Positions 9,369 through 16,981 of a stretch of DNA of 64,000 bases are shown piece after piece. Source of the DNA: Candidatus Sericytochromatia bacterium (GTDB lineage Bacteria > Cyanobacteriota > Sericytochromatia > S15B-MN24 > UBA4093); assembly GCA_036676985.1 (NCBI GenBank), contig JAKFBU010000014.1, positions 1 through 64,000 of the forward strand, written 5' to 3'. The notes under the pieces were generated by a model. It did not search any database, had not been told where the DNA came from, and was given only the letters and a program-made list of their open reading frames with translations. The stretch's first letter is position 1. Every line of letters starts with the position of its first letter. The position numbers were made by a program, and so were the translations under genes.

Positions 9369-10487
9369 CTACGGATGGCGGGGTCCTGTCGAGCAGTCTG
9401 GAACAGGAACCGGCCCCTCGGGTTCTCCAGGGAAGAGCCGTTGCTTGAGCCAGAGCGAGACGTAGACTAGGGCCACTAGGGCGGGAACCTCGATGAGGGG
9501 GCCGACGACCGCCGCCAGGGCCTCGGAGGAAGCGATACCGAAGATGCCCACCGCCACCGCGATGGCCAACTCGAAGTTGTTCCCCGCCGCCGTGAAGGAC
9601 AGGGCCGCGGTCTCCTGGTAGTTGAAGCCCAGGGCCTTGCTCACGGCGAAGGCCAGGAAGAACATCACCAGGAAGTAGAGCACCAGCGGAATGGCGATGC
9701 GGACCACATCCATCGGCAGGCCCACGATCTTCTCACCCTGCATGCTGAACATCAGCACGATGGTGTAGAGCAATCCGACCAGGGCGGTCGGCCCCAGCTT
9801 GGGCATCAAGACGTTGTCGTACCAGTCCCGCCCCTTCAGGGACACCCCCACGTTACGGGTGATGGCCCCCAAGGCCAGCGGGATGCCCAGGAAGATGAGC
9901 ACGCTCTTGGCGATGGTCCACATCGAGACGTCCAGTGCCGTAGCGGCTCCGCCCAGCCAGACTGGTAGGACGGTCAGGAAGAAGTAGCCCAGCACCGAGT
10001 ACATCAGGATCTGGAAGACCGAGTTGAGCGCCACCATGATGGCCGCCGCCTCGCTGTCTCCCTTGGCAAGCATGTTCCAGAGCAGCACCATTGCGATGCA
10101 GCGGGCCAGGCCAATCATGATGAGGCCCGTTCGGTAGTGGGGCAGGTCGGGCAGCAGGACCCAGGCCAGGGTGAACATCACGACCGGCCCCAAGACCCAG
10201 TTGAAGAGCAGCGAGGCCCCGAAGAGCTTGCCCTTGGCGGCGAAGGTCCCCAGGGTTTCGTACCGGACCTTGGCGAGCACCGGGTACATCATCCAGAGCA
10301 GCCCCACGGCGATGGGCAACGACACGTCGGCCACCTTGATGGTGTCGAGCGCAGGGCCGATGCTGGGGAAGACCTTGCCGAGCAGGATGCCCAGCCCCAT
10401 GGCGACGAAGATCCAGACGGGCAGGAAGCGGTCAATGAGCGACAGCTTCCCGACGATGTTCTTGACCTGAACGGCTTCTGTGGCCAC
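9369..10487 (-). CDS. acr3: ACR3 family arsenite efflux transporter
   Basis: MMYPVLAKV, GLARCIAMV, GNNFELAIAVA, GPLIEVP. Confidence 0.95.
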   Translation of the reverse strand: MATEAVQVKNIVGKLSLIDRFLPVWIFVAMGLGILLGKVFPSIGPALDTIKVADVSLPIAVGLLWMMYPVLAKVRYETLGTFAAKGKLFGASLLFNWVLGPVVMFTLAWVLLPDLPHYRTGLIMIGLARCIAMVLLWNMLAKGDSEAAAIMVALNSVFQILMYSVLGYFFLTVLPVWLGGAATALDVSMWTIAKSVLIFLGIPLALGAITRNVGVSLKGRDWYDNVLMPKLGPTALVGLLYTIVLMFSMQGEKIVGLPMDVVRIAIPLVLYFLVMFFLAFAVSKALGFNYQETAALSFTAAGNNFELAIAVAVGIFGIASSEALAAVVGPLIEVPALVALVYVSLWLKQRLFPGEPEGPVPVPDCSTGPRHP

Positions 10488-10488
10488 G

Positions 10489-10815
10489 CTACAACTCCTC
10501 GAAGATGGCCATCGGCGCCTTGGCGGTGTCGGTGGCCTTGTAGTAGTTCCAGCGGCCCTGCTTGCGGGACGTCACCAGGCCCGCCTGTTGCAAAACCGCA
10601 AGGTGGTGCGAAAGGCTACCCTGGGGCATCCCGAGCGCGTTCATGAGGTCGCACACGCAGACCTCTTGGTCGTTGACCAGGTGGAGGAGTTTCAACCGGA
10701 CCTCGTCACCCAAGGCCTTGAACACACGTGCCTTCTCGGCCAGGTTTTGAGGGAAGTAAGCCGCCGTTGCCAACGGCTCGCAACACGTTTCGGACGGCTT
10801 GAGCTCCTGGTTCAT
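10489..10815 (-). CDS. arsR: ArsR/SmtB metalloregulator
   Basis: FKALGDEVRLKLL, EVCVCDL, SHHLAVL..AGLV. Confidence 0.9.
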   Translation of the reverse strand: MNQELKPSETCCEPLATAAYFPQNLAEKARVFKALGDEVRLKLLHLVNDQEVCVCDLMNALGMPQGSLSHHLAVLQQAGLVTSRKQGRWNYYKATDTAKAPMAIFEEL

Positions 10816-10825
10816 CAGATCCCCC

Positions 10826-10860
10826 TTGACGGATCAGGATGTATCGAATAACTTCGATGC
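10826..10860. promoter_or_regulatory. Divergent ars promoter with ArsR-type inverted repeat
   Basis: TTGACG at 10826; ATCGAA-taac-TTCGAT palindrome at 10843-10858. Confidence 0.6.
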
Positions 10861-10916
10861 ATCCGATTTTACTGATTTGATTTGTGACCGTCAAGCTGAA
10901 CCAAATGGAGGGCACC

Positions 10917-11414
10917 ATGTTCAAGATGCACGTTTCCCTGAATGTGGCCAACGTGGCCAGGACCGTCGACTTCTATCGCAAATTCTTCGGTACCGAGCCC
11001 GTGAAGCTCAAGCATGACTACGCCAAATTTGAACTCGCGGACCCCCCGTTGAACTTCACGATGAACGAGCGTCGGCCCGATGATTCGGGCGAACACGGAA
11101 AGCTGTCGCACTTGGGATTCCAAGTTGAAGGCCACGGCGACGTTGAGGCCGCTCGCAAGCGCTTTCGAGCGGCGGGCCTGATTTCTCTCGATGAAAAGGA
11201 CACCGTCTGTTGCTATGCCCGCCAGGATAAGGTTTGGGTCACTGACCCTGACGGCAACCGTTGGGAGGTCTTCTTCGTGACAGACGCTGATATCGACGCA
11301 GCAACCTTCCAGGGGGATGCCTGCTGTGTCCCGCTCGAAGCGGCCGACGGCGATGCTTGCTGTACACCTGAGACCAAAGAACTTGCGGTGGCCTCGAAGA
11401 AGGGTTGCTGCTGA
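10917..11414 (+). CDS. arsI: ArsI/CadI family glyoxalase-like protein (C-As lyase type)
   Basis: HVSLNV, LSHLGFQV, vicinal CCYARQDKVWVTDPDGNRWE. Confidence 0.85.
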   Translation: MFKMHVSLNVANVARTVDFYRKFFGTEPVKLKHDYAKFELADPPLNFTMNERRPDDSGEHGKLSHLGFQVEGHGDVEAARKRFRAAGLISLDEKDTVCCYARQDKVWVTDPDGNRWEVFFVTDADIDAATFQGDACCVPLEAADGDACCTPETKELAVASKKGCC

Positions 11415-11827
11415 TGATGAAGGTGCTTTTCGCCTGCGTTCACAACACGGGCCGTAGTCAGATGGCCGAGGCTTTCTTCAACCACATGGCCGACCCCGAC
11501 AAGGTTCGGGCGGTTTCGGGGGGGACAGAACCGGCCACCGGGATGAACACGACAGTCATCGAGGCCATGAAGGAAGTTGGAATCGACCTGGTGGCCGAAG
11601 GTCATCACCCGAAGTTGGCCGACCTGGAAGAGCTGTCGCCAGGGGACCGGGCCATCTCGATGGGGTGTGGCGTGCATCTGGCGTGCCCTGTCCAGCTGGC
11701 TGGACTTGAGGATTGGAGCCTGGATGATCCGAAGGGCCTGCCTATCGAGCGGGTCCGTGAGATACGGGATGCCATTAAGCAGCGGGTTGAGGACCTGGTT
11801 CACGAACTGGGTGTCCAGCAATCCTGA
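11414..11827 (+). CDS. arsC: Arsenate reductase, LMW-PTP family
   Basis: CVHNTGRSQMAE and DWSLDDP motifs. Confidence 0.9.
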   Translation: MMKVLFACVHNTGRSQMAEAFFNHMADPDKVRAVSGGTEPATGMNTTVIEAMKEVGIDLVAEGHHPKLADLEELSPGDRAISMGCGVHLACPVQLAGLEDWSLDDPKGLPIERVREIRDAIKQRVEDLVHELGVQQS

Positions 11828-11841
11828 CGCCCTGATCCCAG

Positions 11842-11921
11842 CAAAAAGAAAGACGGCCAGCAGTTAGAAGCCCTGCTGGCCGTCTTATCGATCCGCTTGC
11901 CCGGAGTCGGAGCGGCGGGAT
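11842..11921 (-). repeat. att-like repeat copy 5
   Basis: Full double hairpin plus tRNA 3' fragment; flank degenerate. Confidence 0.9.
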
Positions 11922-11969
11922 AGGTGCTCGGAGGTTTCCCCCTACACACGAGGCGGTCGAAAGATTTCC

Positions 11970-12117
11970 TTGACAGAGAGACAGAGGTGTGGCAGGATCC
12001 GGACGCTCCAACCCGAGGAGGTCCCGACCGCGATGTAAACCGAGACATACGGCTATACCCCCAGAACGCAGGCGCGCCGCAAGACGGTCGCAGCCGACGT
12101 GCAATGCGAGGACCCGT
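11970..12117 (+). promoter_or_regulatory. Promoter and leader of the ABC-F gene with an SD-preceded ATG-TAA minigene
   Basis: TTGACA-17-CAGGAT (11970-11998); GAGGAGG at 12015-12021; ATGTAA at 12033-12038. Confidence 0.5.
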
Positions 12118-13614
12118 ATGTCTCTCCTTTCCGCGAGCCGGACGACGTTCCGGCATCCGGCCATGCCGGAGAATCTCTTCTCGGACGTCACCTTCACCAT
12201 TTCGCCGGGCGATCGGATCGCCCTCGTCGGTCCCAACGGGGCTGGCAAAACGACGCTGCTCAAGCTCTTGACCGGTGCACTCTTGCCAACAGAGGGGGCC
12301 ATCGTGCGGCGGCGCGGCTTGCTCGTCGCGACGATGGACCAGGTCTCCGAAGCACCTTCCGATCGATCCCTCTTGGCCCATGTCGTGGAAGCAGAGCCGG
12401 ATGGCGCCGAATGGCGCGCCGCGATGGTGCTGGAGGGCCTGGGTCTGCCTGCCTCCATCCACGACGCGCCATGGGGCACGCTCTCCGCGGGCCAGCGCTC
12501 GCGCGGCATGCTCGCAGCGCTGCTCGTCGCCCCTGCGGATCTGCTCTTGCTCGACGAACCGACCAACCATCTTGACGCGGAGGGTCGCGACTGGCTTGAG
12601 GCATGGCTGCCACAACAGGACAGCGCCGTCGTGCTCGTCTCCCATGATCGAGCCTTTATCGAGGCCTCTGCCTCGCGGATCTTCGAGCTACGTCGCGGCA
12701 CCCTTACCCTTCACGAGGGTGACTACGCCAACTTCCGTGAGGCCAAGGCCCTTGCCGATCGTCAGGCATGGGCAGCCTTCGAGGGTCAGCAGCGCCGCCA
12801 GGAGGCGGCCACGCGGGCAGCGGCGAAGCGCACGGCTCTTGCACAGGACGTCGCGAAGGCCCCGAAAGGTCCAGGGCTTGGCGATAAGTCCTTTTACAAG
12901 GCCAAGGCCGCGAAAGTAGCGAAGTCGGCAAAGATCATCCAGGCACGGGCCGAACGAGAACCCGTGGCTCCAAAGCCGGTCCTCGACGATGCCATTCCCG
13001 TCTTGGACTGGGGGTTCGTGCGTCGATCGGGCGAAATGCCACTGGCGGTCAGGGGGCTCGCAAAAGCCTACGGCGATCACGCCCTCTTCGAGGAGATCAG
13101 CTTCGACCTTGGGCGTGGCGAGCGGCTGGCCGTCCTCGGACAGAACGGAGCGGGCAAGACGACCCTGATCCGCCTCCTACTCGGCCTCGAACCCGCGGAC
13201 GTCGGGGAGGTCGTTTGGGGACATGGCGCTCAGCCCGGCTGGTTCGGGCAGGAAGCGGAGCAACTCGACCCGGCGATTTCGGCGCTCGAAAATTTGCTTC
13301 AAGTCCGCCCTGACCAGGGGCGGGCCAGGCTTCTGCTCGCGTGTCTAAGGTTGCGCGGGGAGCGGGCATTTCAGCCGGTAGGCACCATGAGTGCAGGGGA
13401 GCGCGCCAAGGTCGCACTCGCCAAACTCTTACTCAGCGGCGCCAACGTGCTTCTACTCGACGAGCCCACGAACCACCTCGATCTCGATACCCGCGAGGCC
13501 ATTGAAGCGACCCTCGCAACGTATCCAGGGGCGATCGTGCTCGTGAGCCACGATCGACGCTTCATCGAGGCGATCGCCACGAGGACCCTCACGTTGGGGC
13601 CTCCTGAAAGGTAG
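12118..13614 (+). CDS. ABC-F ATPase, ribosomal-protection-like
   Basis: Two ABC domains (GPNGAGKTT, GQNGAGKTT; two LLDEPTNHLD), no TM segments, extended Lys/Ala-rich interdomain linker. Confidence 0.9.
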   Translation: MSLLSASRTTFRHPAMPENLFSDVTFTISPGDRIALVGPNGAGKTTLLKLLTGALLPTEGAIVRRRGLLVATMDQVSEAPSDRSLLAHVVEAEPDGAEWRAAMVLEGLGLPASIHDAPWGTLSAGQRSRGMLAALLVAPADLLLLDEPTNHLDAEGRDWLEAWLPQQDSAVVLVSHDRAFIEASASRIFELRRGTLTLHEGDYANFREAKALADRQAWAAFEGQQRRQEAATRAAAKRTALAQDVAKAPKGPGLGDKSFYKAKAAKVAKSAKIIQARAEREPVAPKPVLDDAIPVLDWGFVRRSGEMPLAVRGLAKAYGDHALFEEISFDLGRGERLAVLGQNGAGKTTLIRLLLGLEPADVGEVVWGHGAQPGWFGQEAEQLDPAISALENLLQVRPDQGRARLLLACLRLRGERAFQPVGTMSAGERAKVALAKLLLSGANVLLLDEPTNHLDLDTREAIEATLATYPGAIVLVSHDRRFIEAIATRTLTLGPPER

Positions 13615-13615
13615 G

Positions 13616-13690
13616 TCCGGGAGCAGCGGGATGCTTACTCCCGTGGAGGCACCCCTTGCCACCAATGCGCAGGCATTCATCCGCGAGCTG
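13616..13690 (-). repeat. att-like repeat copy 6 (partial; tRNA fragment plus flank, hairpins missing)
   Basis: GGAGCAGCGGGAT followed by CCCGTGGAGGCACCCCTTGCCAC. Confidence 0.75.
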
Positions 13691-14145
13691 CGACGTGATC
13701 GCTCGCCACTCGGAGCCGCGTTTTGGTAAGCCTGAGGGTCACTCATGGGGCTGACCGCAAGGAATGCGAGCGCATGGCCAAGCCCCACGGCCATGAGTTC
13801 GACGCGGAAATCGGCCACCCATGGGGCAGACGGTCCACGAACCGACGCGGGCAGACAACGCGTGGGCTTCGCCCGCTCGTTCGCGGTCGATCGTGAGCAA
13901 CTGCGGGGGGCATCTGTAGGCCACACCGGAGCCGGGAGAGCAAGGCCAGCTCCTCCTCCGAGCTCAACGCGTCTCCGAGCCAGGAGCTTCCGAGGCTCAC
14001 CCCGGCCACACGACCGAACTTGAACGCACCCTTCGGGAGAGGCTGTGCGGGGAAGGACGTCGCACCGCGCAGCGGCTCGTCCCGGATGCCGCGAACAAAA
14101 GCTTTTAACGGATGTACTTGCTGTCTGCCGCAGTAGGGGGACCGG

Positions 14146-14294
14146 CAAAAGAAAGATCGCCAGCAGTTAGAAGCCCTGCGGGCGATCTTAGCTATCCGCT
14201 TGCGCGGAGTCGGAGCGGCGGGATGGTTACTCCGAAACAGGCACGCCTTGCCACAAAGGCCCAAGATCTGGTCCACGAGCTGCTTCTGAGCTAG
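14146..14294 (-). repeat. att-like repeat copy 7 with flank
   Basis: Full double hairpin, tRNA fragment to 14224, flank ending CACGAGCTGCTTCTGAGCTAG. Confidence 0.9.
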
Positions 14295-14297
14295 CAG

Positions 14298-15785
14298 TCA
14301 GGGGCTAATGACTTCGATATGGAACCCATCCTCCCCGCGTCCCAGAACCGCTTGTTGCGCGCGCAACTTGAAGCCGGGCTGATCGACCTCAAGGCTTCCG
14401 GAGGCGGCCGAAGAGCCTGCAGGAAGTGGTATTCCATTTACCCGGATTGCGCTTGGCTCCAGATTTCGATATAGCTCGATCTTCAGTTCCTTGGGCATGC
14501 TGTGTCGGATCGCGATGACGTTCTCCATCGACAGCACAGGCTGCTTCGTCTTAGCGTGCGTGAACTCGAGAAGTTTACCTCGGGTAAGTCGGCGACCACC
14601 TGCCATGTCCCACGACTCGATCCACGAACCTCCCATCGAGACGAGGTGGGATGGCAGCTTCAGCGATAGACGCAGAGCTCCCTGGCTCCGGTACGCCGTC
14701 ATGACCTGCTCAATCTCTCGGGACTCCTCGGCGGCCTTGGCTTGAAACTGAGCCTTGTAGCGAGACAACTCTTGGTCGAAGTTAGCGTGATTCCCCAGTT
14801 GCTGAAGGATCTTTTCGGGGCGGTGTTGATAACCCACGGCCTCCGCGAGCAGTCCATCAAGAGAGTCCACGTAATCCGAGAAACGCCCTTTCCATTCTGG
14901 CATCAATCGGTCCAAGAGATGGCAGACCGCCGCACCCATAACGTAGTACCGCGAGCGATCCGCCTCTTGAGGCTTCTCAAGGGCCTCTTTCAGCCTGGAT
15001 GTCGTATAGGCGATGTGATTGGAAGTTCCCTTTGGGTGGTTTCTCTCGAAGAACTTGTCCGTCAGGTACTGGGCCGTGCCTTCCGTTACAGTCATGCCTT
15101 GCCGGTAATCAGCATATTTCTTCGGGATCATGCTTTCGTGCTTTTGACGAACCGCCAGGTAGAGCAGGGCTCCGGTCTTGAGCGAGTTCGGGTTGGTTTC
15201 CCCGATGAGACGTGCGAGAAGGGAGGCTTCGAGCTGTGTATAGGCGAAGTCTTCAGCGTCGAGAATGCGCTCGTCGCCACTCGCCATCCGGTGCATGAAG
15301 CTTTCTTGGACCGTGAAGTGGAAGGTTTCGTGGAACAGCGTCAGGAACTCGTGGATCGGATCCAAGGTTTCAGCCGTATTAGCTTGCGCCAGTTGTTTCA
15401 CGATGAAGACGCGTTCGCCATCGACATTCTTCTCGACCCAGACGTTATCCGTCGCGAGCCCCAAGCGTCGTATGGTCTCGCCTTCAAGTCGCGTGACGCC
15501 AGCCAACGACGGAACAGGCTGCCCATTGAGCTTAATGGAAGAGCTCCCTCGGGAAGCGTTCAACAGGTAGTAGGCATCCCCATTCCCGTAGATCAGAGTG
15601 AAAGCAGTGGGATCGTACCCAGGCCAAATCGGCTCTTCTTTCGCTTTTTCCAGGTAGCCAACGAGGCGAGTTAGGATCGCTGCGTCATTCGATGCTGTTC
15701 CTACAGCCGCATGGATTGGTTGAGACCATGTGGAAAGCGAGAAAATGAGAGAAATTGCGAGGACCAATCGAATTTTGTTGCTCAT
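14298..15785 (-). CDS. Secreted protein, putative zinc metallopeptidase
   Basis: Signal peptide ending PIHA; HETFH (HExxH) with downstream EGTAQY. Confidence 0.65.
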   Translation of the reverse strand: MSNKIRLVLAISLIFSLSTWSQPIHAAVGTASNDAAILTRLVGYLEKAKEEPIWPGYDPTAFTLIYGNGDAYYLLNASRGSSSIKLNGQPVPSLAGVTRLEGETIRRLGLATDNVWVEKNVDGERVFIVKQLAQANTAETLDPIHEFLTLFHETFHFTVQESFMHRMASGDERILDAEDFAYTQLEASLLARLIGETNPNSLKTGALLYLAVRQKHESMIPKKYADYRQGMTVTEGTAQYLTDKFFERNHPKGTSNHIAYTTSRLKEALEKPQEADRSRYYVMGAAVCHLLDRLMPEWKGRFSDYVDSLDGLLAEAVGYQHRPEKILQQLGNHANFDQELSRYKAQFQAKAAEESREIEQVMTAYRSQGALRLSLKLPSHLVSMGGSWIESWDMAGGRRLTRGKLLEFTHAKTKQPVLSMENVIAIRHSMPKELKIELYRNLEPSAIRVNGIPLPAGSSAASGSLEVDQPGFKLRAQQAVLGRGEDGFHIEVISP

Positions 15786-15830
15786 CGAGGGCTCCATGCT
15801 TGAAGCTAGCCCTAGCTTCATACCCGATCG

Positions 15831-15876
15831 CAAAAAAGAAAGACCGCCAGCAGTTAGAAGCCCTGCTGGCGATCTT
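15831..15876 (-). terminator. Terminator-like hairpin downstream of tRNA-Pro (prototype of the repeat hairpin)
   Basis: Minus strand AAGATCGCCAGCAG-ggcttctaa-CTGCTGGCGGTCTT followed by TCTTTTTT. Confidence 0.8.
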
Positions 15877-15896
15877 ATCTATCCGCTTGCGCGGAG

Positions 15897-15970
15897 TCGG
15901 AGCGGCGGGATTCGAACCCACGACCCCCACTACCCCAAAGTGGTGCGCTACCAAGCTGCGCTACGCCCCG
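15897..15970 (-). tRNA. tRNA-Pro(GGG), CCA not encoded
   Basis: CGGGGCG/CGCTCCG acceptor stem; anticodon arm CCACT-TTGGGGT-AGTGG; GGTTCGAATCC T-arm. Confidence 0.95.
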
Positions 15971-16021
15971 AAATGTTTGTTTAAGCTGGGGTAAATGCTT
16001 GGGTTGCCCAAGCAGGTACTC

Positions 16022-16050
16022 ACTATAACAAACCACCATGAGATTGGCAA
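16022..16050 (-). promoter_or_regulatory. sigma70-type promoter of tRNA-Pro
   Basis: TTGCCA-17-TATAGT with an extended -10 TG. Confidence 0.65.
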
Positions 16051-16150
16051 GTGGGAGCAAGCGACTCTTCTGCTTCCTCGCACCCGTTCCGCCTCGCTGG
16101 TCGGCGCAGGGCGGCTTCCTGACGGTGTTTTAAGAATTCTACCGGGCCGC

Positions 16151-16981
16151 CTACAACGGCCTCGGAATGGCCGGTCCACGTCCGACCCATGGCGTCGGGG
16201 TCGGCGACGGGGTGGGGGCGGGCGTCGGGGTGGCGTTGCGCTCGAGCGCGATGCTCAGGCGATCGCCGATGACCTCCGGCGAGGCCTCTTCGCCCTGGGT
16301 CGCGTAGCTCGCGAGGCTCTGGGCCGTCCGGGTCACGGTGCTCATGACGGTGCTGTTGGTGCCGCCCGTGCCGATCCGGGAATCGAACGTGGCCGCCGCC
16401 TGCTGGCTCGTGGTCTCGGAGAGGCCCGCGAGGACCTGCGCCAGCTTGGGACGCGGCACGCCCGCGAAGCCGGTGCCGTATGTCATTGTCCGGCTTTCCG
16501 AGAGGGACAGGGCGCCCGCGAGCGGGACGATGGTCGAGCCCGGGCTGATGACCCGCACGCCGGAAGCCGAAGGCTTGGTGGCCACGGCCACCAGGCCATA
16601 GATCTGCCCCTTGGCGTCGCGCACGATCACCTGGAGGATGGCGGTCTCGAGGGCGCGGGGCACGTACACGGCGAAGCGTCCGTCCGGACCCGTCTGGCTC
16701 TCGCGAACGATCCGACCGCTCGTCGGATCGATGACCTGCAGGGACTGGGTCGCGGGCAGCGTGACGGCCTGCGTCGTCGCCAGCACCGTCATGGGCGCGG
16801 GCGTGCTGTTGGTGAAGGGCGTGCTCGAGGTGAAGGGGATGCCGTTGGTGAAGGAGCCGGGGATGCCCACCCGCCCCGAGACCACCGGATCGCTCCCGAT
16901 CATCCCCGGCTGGACACCCGTCTGGCCAGCGCAGCCGACCAAGAGGCCCAGGCTGCACCCGATGAGTAACTTGCGCGTCAT
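16151..16981 (-). CDS. Hypothetical lipoprotein
   Basis: MTRKLLIGCSLGLLVGC lipobox; ATGA overlap with the upstream TPR gene. Confidence 0.7.
   Translation of the reverse strand: MTRKLLIGCSLGLLVGCAGQTGVQPGMIGSDPVVSGRVGIPGSFTNGIPFTSSTPFTNSTPAPMTVLATTQAVTLPATQSLQVIDPTSGRIVRESQTGPDGRFAVYVPRALETAILQVIVRDAKGQIYGLVAVATKPSASGVRVISPGSTIVPLAGALSLSESRTMTYGTGFAGVPRPKLAQVLAGLSETTSQQAAATFDSRIGTGGTNSTVMSTVTRTAQSLASYATQGEEASPEVIGDRLSIALERNATPTPAPTPSPTPTPWVGRGPAIPRPL

Larger units (their letters stand above)
1013..15911. mobile_element. Tandem array of integrase-less cargo cassettes anchored on tRNA-Pro
   Basis: Seven direct repeats of the tRNA 3' end, besides the tRNA itself, separate unrelated accessory genes; no recombinase ORF in the window. 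Confidence 0.75.

Noticed and set aside
1060-14224. Additional tRNA genes at the repeat copies
   Set aside because: Only ~13-19 nt of the acceptor/T-arm 3' side are present; there are no D or anticodon arms.
1014-15876. Repeats as classical integron attC sites (GTTAGAA resembles GTTRRRY)
   Set aside because: The GTT lies at the hairpin loop rather than the stem end, position 7 is not a pyrimidine, there is no RYYYAAC partner and no intI.
1013-15911. Repeats as a CRISPR array
   Set aside because: Spacing is 0.6-4.9 kb with whole genes between repeats, the repeat is a tRNA 3' end, and no cas genes are present.
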